From Rhodococcus sp. 4CII (GTDB lineage Bacteria; Actinomycetota; Actinomycetes; Mycobacteriales; Mycobacteriaceae), in assembly GCF_014256275.1 (NCBI RefSeq), contig NZ_JACCFE010000002.1, positions 4,222,489 through 4,246,488 of the forward strand: 24,000 nucleotides of DNA. The letters run 5' to 3'. Positions 16,753 to 23,800 of this stretch are shown here, in pieces (position 1 is the stretch's first letter; every line of letters begins with the position of its first letter). The notes beneath the pieces were generated by a model, which was not told the origin of the DNA, did no database searches, and was given only the letters and a program-made list of their open reading frames with translations. The position numbers and the translations under genes were made by a program.

Positions 16753-17436
16753 ATGATCATCAACCGTAAGAACGGTGTGCGTCTGGCCGCGGTCGGGGCC
16801 GCTGCTGCCGCGACCATGGGCTTCTTTTCCGTCGGTGCGGCGAACGCCGACACGTTCGTGCCGCTGCCCGGTGGCAGCATCACGCAGACCCTCGCGGACG
16901 GCACCGTGGTGACGGTGAACCTGACGGACGAGAGTGCGAACATTTCGCCGTCGATGGGGTCGACGCCGTTGCACCGCAACGTGTGGGTCTCCGGCAAGGC
17001 CGCCGTCGCGCTGCAGGGTGACGGTGTGCAGAGTGCGTACATCTATCCCGGCTACGTGCTGGCGTGCCAGGTCGACTTCGGTGCCGAGGCGGGCGCCGAG
17101 GGTGGGGCGGGGATGTCGTGGGCGGACATCGCGACCGGGTCGGTCGGGAATCCACTTGCCGGGGGGACAAGTGGCGGAATCACTCTCGGCCCCGGCCAGG
17201 CGATTCCGGTCGACATCCTGGACCAGGAATACGCCGACCCCTACGGCGGGGAGGCGCATTGGGGTGGCAACTACGTCGAGGGACCCACCGGTTCGGTCTC
17301 GTGGAGCGACTCCACCCTCGGGGTGAGCGGGTGCGCCGGCTACGCCCAGGCCCGGGCCTTCGTCAACGTCGAGGTCGAGACCGAGAACGTCACGAGCACC
17401 GTCACGCTGTGGGGCCAGCCCTTCAGCATCGGCTAG
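16753..17436 (+). CDS. Secreted MspA-family porin-like protein, paralogue 2
   Basis: Signal MIINRKNGVRLAAVGAAAAATMGFFSVGAANA|DTF. Blocks are HRNVWVSGK, GYVLACQVD, SGCAGYAQARAF and C-terminal VTLWGQPFSIG. Length (227 aa) is the same as paralogue 1, but the central loop region differs and is Gly/Ala-rich. Confidence 0.8.
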   Translation: MIINRKNGVRLAAVGAAAAATMGFFSVGAANADTFVPLPGGSITQTLADGTVVTVNLTDESANISPSMGSTPLHRNVWVSGKAAVALQGDGVQSAYIYPGYVLACQVDFGAEAGAEGGAGMSWADIATGSVGNPLAGGTSGGITLGPGQAIPVDILDQEYADPYGGEAHWGGNYVEGPTGSVSWSDSTLGVSGCAGYAQARAFVNVEVETENVTSTVTLWGQPFSIG

Positions 17437-17442
17437 GGGCCA

Positions 17443-17830
17443 TCACGGGGCGCTGGATAGGGACATCACGCCGTCGCGCCGCTGCCGGGCCCCGTACACC
17501 TCGACATCGTCCCGGATCGGGTCGACCTCCGCGGTCAGGATCAAGGCGGGCGGCAGCCGCGCGCGTTTCGGCGCGCACGGCTGCCGCGAGGTGTTCGTCG
17601 CCCGGTGTCTCGGCGGACGTATAGCTCGCAGAACCAGCGGACGTCCGAGGTCCACTCGTCGCGCCGGTGCAGGCAGACGGCAGCGGCGAGATTGCCGCCA
17701 GCGGAGTGGCGCCCGATTGCGATCCGGCGCGCTTCGATGTCGAGCTTCGGTGCCGCCGTGCAGGTAGGCGAGGGATGAACTTTTCGATACCGACGGGTGA
17801 ATTCCACCAACTCCACAACGTCACCCGCGT
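17443..17830 (-). pseudogene. Internal fragment of a second HSL-family esterase, multiply frameshifted
   Basis: IAIGRHSAGGNLAAAVCL matches the GDSAGG elbow in one frame. LPPALILTAEVDPIRDDVEVYG matches the catalytic-Asp block in another frame. The N-terminal HGGG region and the C-terminal His block are missing. The fragment abuts the 3' end of porin 2. Confidence 0.55.
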
Positions 17831-17858
17831 TCGCTGAACTCCCCCATCAGAGTCTGTC

Positions 17859-17926
17859 GACCGGCGGTCGCCCATTGGAGCCACGCCTCCACAGCCACTC
17901 ACTCAACGTGCGTGGATTCCGTTGTT
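17859..17926. repeat. 68-bp repeat, copy 2 (matches 15043-15110)
   Basis: Direct comparison of the two stretches. This copy overlaps the last 8 codons of the small gene at 17903-18202. Confidence 0.85.
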
Positions 17927-18202
17927 TCGTGGACGGCGCGGGTACGCCCGTGCCAGGAGTTGTAACTCCTCCAAGGCGCAGTTGGAATCCGGGATTTTCT
18001 GCCACAAGCGGTCGATGAACTGGAGTCTCGACAGTCCGAATCGAACGAGGATCTCGTCGTCACCAGCGCCCCCGTACGGTGCCCACATACTCGCGAACCC
18101 AATAAGGATCGCCGCCTCTTTGTCGCGATGCTTCCGCTTGTGATCGACCGCACCCCGTGCGGCGTGCCGCAGGTGCCCTCTGCCATCTTCGGTGGAGGTC
18201 AT
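17903..18202 (-). CDS. Small hypothetical protein, DUF3263-like (putative HTH)
   Basis: ATG 18202 lies 14 nt downstream of the esterase stop. 99 aa. The pattern AILIGFASMWAPYGGAGDDEILVRFGLSRLQFIDRL resembles the DUF3263 pattern (IL.F...W...GG.....I...FG.S......L). The Shine-Dalgarno is weak and the family call is from memory. Confidence 0.5.
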   Translation of the reverse strand: MTSTEDGRGHLRHAARGAVDHKRKHRDKEAAILIGFASMWAPYGGAGDDEILVRFGLSRLQFIDRLWQKIPDSNCALEELQLLARAYPRRPRNNGIHAR

Positions 18203-18216
18203 TCTTTCGTTGAACG

Positions 18217-19263
18217 TCACGCTGTGTGTCCACCGAATTCGACGACTCCTGACATTGCGTCCGTATGAGGGCGACTCGGCGTCTGTCCAAACGTGGTTGC
18301 GGGACCCAATCGGAACGCCAGTTGCAGGCTTTCGCATGCGTCCAGCACGGCGCGGCGACTCTTGGCGTAGGTCTGCACCTCCGGGAAGAACCCGTGGAAC
18401 ATGCCGGTGTATCGCTGGCGACGCACCGCCACGCCTGCCTCGTGGAGACCGGCGGCATATGCCTCGCCGTCGTCGCGAAGCGGATCGACCTCGGCGGTGG
18501 CGATGTGAGCCCGGGCCAGTCCGGCCAGCGAACCGGCCTTCATCGGAACCGCGAGCTCGTCGAGATCGGCGGGAGAATCACCGACGTACTGCCTCCAGAA
18601 CCACTGCGCGGTTTCGGCGTCGAGTAGTGGGGCGTCCTTGAAGTCGGTCCACGACGGCCTTGTGAACTGATCGTCCACCGCCGGATAGACGAGCAGTTGC
18701 ATCACGGGCTGAGCGATTCCGCGACGGCGGAGGTCGAGGCACAGCGAGGCGGCCAGTCCACCGCCGGCCGAATCGCCGCCGACCGCGAGCTGGGACGGGG
18801 CGACGCCCAGTTCGGCGGCGTTGGCCCGGAGCCAGTCATAGGCCGCGCGGACGTCGGTGATCGCCGCCGGGAAGGGGTGCTCGGGCGCAAGGCGGTAATC
18901 CACCGATACGACGACGCAGCAGGCCTCGTCGGCGATGATCCGGCACAGCTCGTCGACGCCGTCGAGCGAACCGACGGTGAAGCCGCCGCCGTGGATGTAG
19001 AGCAGCGCGCCGGCCCGGGTTGTGCGGTCGGGCTGGTAGATACGGACCGGCACCGAGACGTTCCCGCCGTCGGCGACTCCGGAGATGGTGCGGTCCTCGA
19101 CCGATAACACCTGTGTCGTGCGGGGCGGGGGAGTTGGCGCAGCGAACTGCCGAACACCGTCGAGCCCCAGCGTATGAAGGGGTCCCGGCAGCAGTTCCTC
19201 GAGCTGCTTGGCCACTGCCAGCGCATCCGAGTCCAGGACGTCCTGCCATTGCGAGTAGGTCAT
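18217..19263 (-). CDS. Alpha/beta hydrolase, hormone-sensitive-lipase family (family IV) carboxylesterase
   Basis: Oxyanion HGGGF, nucleophile elbow GGDSAGG, acid EVDPLRDD and His in MFHGF. ATG 19263 is preceded by GGAGAG at 9-nt spacing. The track's start at 19269 is a TTG two codons upstream. Confidence 0.9.
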   Translation of the reverse strand: MTYSQWQDVLDSDALAVAKQLEELLPGPLHTLGLDGVRQFAAPTPPPRTTQVLSVEDRTISGVADGGNVSVPVRIYQPDRTTRAGALLYIHGGGFTVGSLDGVDELCRIIADEACCVVVSVDYRLAPEHPFPAAITDVRAAYDWLRANAAELGVAPSQLAVGGDSAGGGLAASLCLDLRRRGIAQPVMQLLVYPAVDDQFTRPSWTDFKDAPLLDAETAQWFWRQYVGDSPADLDELAVPMKAGSLAGLARAHIATAEVDPLRDDGEAYAAGLHEAGVAVRRQRYTGMFHGFFPEVQTYAKSRRAVLDACESLQLAFRLGPATTFGQTPSRPHTDAMSGVVEFGGHTA

Positions 19264-19438
19264 ATGCAATCACTCTCCGATCGCGCGACGATGATGTGGT
19301 GGGAAGCCGGCCGCTACCGGTGTCCGATGCGTTGGTACGTCAGCGGCCGCACCGAAAGCAGGCATGTACTCGGTCCGACGAACCGAGTGACAGATCATAC
19401 GATCATGTCAGATGATCGGTTTGATGTCCACTGTGAGA
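19019..19438. repeat. Segmental duplication, intact copy (matches 15108-15526)
   Basis: See the partner copy at 15108-15526. Confidence 0.85.
19400..19418. promoter_or_regulatory. Inverted repeat CGATCAT-gtcag-ATGATCG upstream of the esterase gene (candidate operator)
   Basis: It lies about 140 bp upstream of esterase ATG 19263. An extra GATCAT half-site sits just upstream (19393-19398). The core is conserved in the duplicate. Confidence 0.35.
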
Positions 19439-19697
19439 CCGGATCGAGTGGAAGTCTCGGAAAGGAAATCATCTCGTCCGGGTGGGTGCCATTGACATCG
19501 CGCGTCCCACGAGGGTATCTATTCACTGTGACCAAGTTAACCGACTAGGTCAGATGAACAGTTGTGTACGACCACCAGCAACGAATGAATCGTTCTGTGT
19601 AAACCGTTCTCGGACAGGGAGTTGCGATGGGGCCATATGCATCGGACGTCGGTACGGTCGCGGCTGACGGCGGACTCCTCTCCCCGAAGGATCACTG

Positions 19698-20414
19698 GTG
19701 AACACTTTCCATACGGCGTTGCTGCTGATCGCCAACGTCTCGATGCTGGGCGCCGGCTACTATTACGGCGTCAAATTCCTTCGCCGCCAGCATAATCTTC
19801 TGCTCGGGATCGAGTGGCTGGTGATTGCGTTGTCCGGGACGAACGTGCTGTTCCTGGCCGCCACCGGGATCGTGCACTCGAGTTTCAGCTATCACCTCAT
19901 GGTGTTCTTCGACGCGTTCTCGCGTTCGTTCGGGATGACGCTGATCATCGTGCTCGGGATGATGGCGGTGACCCGCGGGTACCGTCCGTCGTGGATGGTG
20001 GACGTCGGCGCCGTTGCGGCAGCGGTCGCGGTGGGATTGAACCGCACACTCGAAGTACGTCCCGTCGAGTTGGGATGGGCGATCTTCTATCTCGTGATGA
20101 ATCTTGCGGTGGCGCTGTTCATGTTCGCGGTAGCAGTTCGTTTGTGGCAGATCCGTGAGCGACGGCACGCGGTGGGAGTCTTCGTGGCTACGGCCCTCGG
20201 AGCGTTCGTGGCGGTGATCTACGACTTCTTCCCGATTCCGGGTGATGATGCAGACCACACGCTGTTCTACATTCTGGCGTTGTCGGTCTGGGCTCTCATG
20301 CTCGTGACCTACTACCACGGATACCGCGTGCTGGGCGAGTACACCCGGGGCGCCTCCGGTGACGGTCTCGCGCCCGCGGCGGTGGAGGTGTCCGGCGTGG
20401 TCAGCCCACAGTGA
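19698..20414 (+). CDS. Integral membrane protein, about 7 predicted TM helices, unknown function
   Basis: GTG 19698 follows GAAGGA. 238 aa with seven hydrophobic stretches. Coding-type GC3 is strong. No family motif was recognised, and there is no rhodopsin-type Lys in the last helix. Confidence 0.7.
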   Translation: MNTFHTALLLIANVSMLGAGYYYGVKFLRRQHNLLLGIEWLVIALSGTNVLFLAATGIVHSSFSYHLMVFFDAFSRSFGMTLIIVLGMMAVTRGYRPSWMVDVGAVAAAVAVGLNRTLEVRPVELGWAIFYLVMNLAVALFMFAVAVRLWQIRERRHAVGVFVATALGAFVAVIYDFFPIPGDDADHTLFYILALSVWALMLVTYYHGYRVLGEYTRGASGDGLAPAAVEVSGVVSPQ

Positions 20415-20523
20415 TCAGACGCTTGACGAGCTTGCCCGTGTGCCTGCGCGGCAGGACGGTGATCGCGGTCCAATTCGACTTCACCAGTCCGAGTTCCAAT
20501 GCTGGGGAGCACGACCGGATCGA
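20401..20523 (-). pseudogene. Possible C-terminal relic of an AMP-dependent synthetase/ligase (acyl-CoA synthetase)
   Basis: LELGLVKSNWTAITVLPRRHTGKLVKRL followed by a stop resembles the conserved C-terminus (YK.P..I.FV..LPRT.TGK..KR.L) of adenylate-forming enzymes. Only about 40 codons are recognisable, and they overlap the 3' end of the membrane-protein gene. Confidence 0.3.
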
Positions 20524-20893
20524 CGTCGGTGCCGCCACGCGGCCTACCGGGTTGGGTGCCGCCCGTGTCCGAGGAAGAGGGGGGCGTCCTCGCACACGAG
20601 CGGCGGGCGGCCACCCGGCCGAGGGGGACCGGTCAGGGGACCTGGCTGCGTCTCGGGGCCGCCGAGCCCAGTGCAGCGTAAATGTCGGGTACCCCGCCGA
20701 TGGGCGAGTTACTCGGGCGCGGCGGAAATGTTGTGCGCCGCCGGTTCACCCCGACTACCTACCCGGCCGAAGAACAGACCGGACGGTACCGACATCCGCA
20801 ATGCGTCTCATCCCAGTTCGGCAGACGTGGGTCGCAAGTCGGCCGTCGGACGGGCAGTCGGCGATATCCTGAGGAGATGAATCGATGTAGTCG

Positions 20894-23800
20894 ATGACCG
20901 ATGTCGATCCGTTCGCGACCCAACGCGACGTGTCCGGTTCGGTCACCGCGGAGTTGGCGGCGGCCGGGTTCGACGACGCCCAGGAGATCGGTCGTGGCGG
21001 TTTCGGGGTGGTCTACCGCTGCACCCAGACCGCGCTCGACCGCACCGTGGCGGTCAAGGTACTCACCGCAGACCTGGACGCGGAGAACCGGGCGCGGTTC
21101 CTGCGCGAACAGCGTGCGGCGGGCCGGCTGACCGGGCACCCCAACATCGTCAACGTTCTCCACGCCGACGTTACGGAGAACGGCCGGCCGTTCATCGTCA
21201 TGCCGTATTGCGCGGGGAGTTCTCTCGACGAGCGCATCCGGCGCCATGGTCCGCTCCCACCGGACGAAGCACTGCGGTTCGGAGTCAAGACGGCCGGGGC
21301 GCTGGAGACTGCCCACCGCCTCGGAATCCTCCATCGCGATGTCAAGCCCGGGAACATCCTGATCACCGACTACGGTGAGCCCGCGTTGACGGATTTCGGC
21401 ATTGCGCACATCGCCGGCGGGTTCGAAACCGATGCCGGGATCGTGACGGGATCGCCGGCGTTCACCGCCCCCGAGGTGGTGGCCGGCGACCCGCCGAGTC
21501 CTGCCGCCGACGTCTACGGTCTCGGTGCGACGCTGTTCGCGGCCATCACCGGGCACGCTGCCTTCGAGCGCCGCAGCGGTGAGCAACTGGTGGCGCAGTT
21601 TCTGCGGATCACGTCCGAGCCGGTTCCGAACCCGCGCGAGCACGGCATCGCCGAGGACATCAGCGCGGTCATCGAGCGCGCGATGTCCGCGGAACCCGGT
21701 GACCGACCCTCCGCGGTGGAACTGGGCCGGCAACTTCGTGAGTGCCAACTGCATCACGGCTTCCCGGTCGACGAGATGGCGATGAATCCGGAACCCGTTG
21801 CAGTGCAGGGCGGGTTGCCCGTCGTGGGAGGCCGTTCGACGGAGGAAAGTGCGTCACGCAGGCCCGCGTGGTCACCGGCCGATTCGGGTCGGACGGGTGG
21901 ACTTCCGCTCGAGCTCACCAGCTTCGTGGACCGCCGCACCGAACTGGCCGAGGCGACGAACCTCTTGTCGACGTCGCGGCTGGTGACGTTGACCGGAATC
22001 GGCGGGGTGGGCAAGACCCGGCTCGCCCTGCGTGCCGCCACCAAGGTGCAACGGAACTTCTCGGACGGCGTGACGCTGGTCGAACTGGGTGAGCTGCGCG
22101 ATGATTCGCTGCTGCCGGGGATGGTGGCGGCTGCGCTGGGGGTGCGGGACCAGTCGGCGCGATCCGCTCACGAGGTGCTGGTCGAGTTCCTCGCCCCGCG
22201 GGACCTGTTGCTCGTGCTGGACAACTGCGAGCAGGTGGTGGCCGCGGCTGCGAAGCTCGCCGAGATCCTGCTTCGAGCGTGTCCGCAGTTGCGGATTCTC
22301 GCCACCAGTCGCGAAGCGCTCGGGATCGGCGGGGAAACGGCGCTGCTGATTCCCCCGCTGCCGGTCCCGGATCCCGATCACCTTCCGAAGGGTCTGCCCC
22401 GCAACGATGCGGTCACTCTGTTCGTCGAGCGGGGCGCCGCCGCCGTCCCCGGGTTCGAACTCACCGAGGACAACAAGGTCACCATTGCCAGGATCTGCCA
22501 GCGGCTGGACGGACTGCCGCTGCCGATCGAGTTGGCGGCCGCCCGGCTTCGAGCGATGACGCCCGACCAGATTCTGCGGCGGCTGACCGACCGCTACCTG
22601 CTTCTCACCCGCGGCAGCAGGGATGCGCCGTCGCGGCAGCAGACACTGCGGATGTGCATCGACTGGAGTTACGACCTGTGTACACCCGCGGAACAACGGA
22701 TGTGGGCGCAGCTGGCCGTGTTCGCGGGCAGTTTCGAACTCGAGGCCGCGGAACAGGTGTGCGGCGGCGGCGAGGCGGAGGACCTGCTCGACACGGTGAC
22801 CTTCCTCGTCGACAAGTCGATCCTGACACGTGAAGAGTCGGGTACCGCGGTGCGGTTCCGGATGCTCGAGACCTTGCGCGCCTATGGGTGCGAAAAGGCG
22901 CAGGAGAGTGGGGAGTACACCGAACTTCGCCGTCGGCACCGTGACTGGTGTGAGCGATTGGCGCTGGACGCCGATGCCGATTGGATCAGCTCCCGGCAGC
23001 TCCCGCTGATCGCCCAGCTGGGGCGGGAACAACCGAATCTCCGTGAGGCGCTGGAGTTCTGCGTGTCCGAAAGCCCGGACATCGGAGTGCGCATCGCCGC
23101 CGCTCTGTACCCGTTCTGGCTGTCCCGCGGATTGTTCGGCGAGGGGCGGCGGTGGCTCGGCCGCTTCCTCGATCGGCTGCCGTCCGAACCGACGAGCGAT
23201 CGCGCGACGGCGCTCTACGCCGGCACCGTGCTTGCCGGAGTACAGGGCGACATCCCGGTCTCGGACACCCTGGCGGACGAGGCGCAGGCGCTCGCCGCCC
23301 GGACGACCGACCCGATGGTGCGCGCCCACGTCGACCACACGGTCGGATACGCAGCACTGTTCGGTGGGCGGCTCCCCGACGCACGCGCGCGACTCGACCA
23401 GGCCGCCGAGGCCTTCGCGGGACGCAACGACCTCTACGAGGTCGCCGCCATCGTGGGCCTGGGTATGACGCACGACCTCTTGAACGACACGGCACGGGCC
23501 ATCGAATGCCATGAGCGCGTCCTCGCGATCACCGAGGCGCAGGGCGAATCGGTTTATCGGTCCTATTCGTTGTGGGCGCTGGCCGTGGCCGTGTGGCGGC
23601 TCGGCGAGAGGGAGCGCGCGGCGCGCCTCCTCGGGCAGGCACTCCAGGTGGACCGCCGGGTGAACGACCGGCTCAATGCCAGCGTCTGCCTGCAGGCGCT
23701 CGCGTGGATCGCCGCGGAGGAGGACAACGCGGAGCGGGCGGTCGTGTTGATGGGAGCCGCCGACGCGCTGACCCGGTCGGTGGGCAGTTCGGCGGTGTTG

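Noticed and set aside
16070-17259. Minus-strand ORFs 16070-16708 and 16636-17259
   Set aside because: They are antisense to the two porin genes, are Arg-rich, and have no signal peptide or motifs.
20759-21757. 332-aa minus-strand ORF
   Set aside because: It is antisense to the kinase catalytic domain and is rejected on the same reasoning as above.
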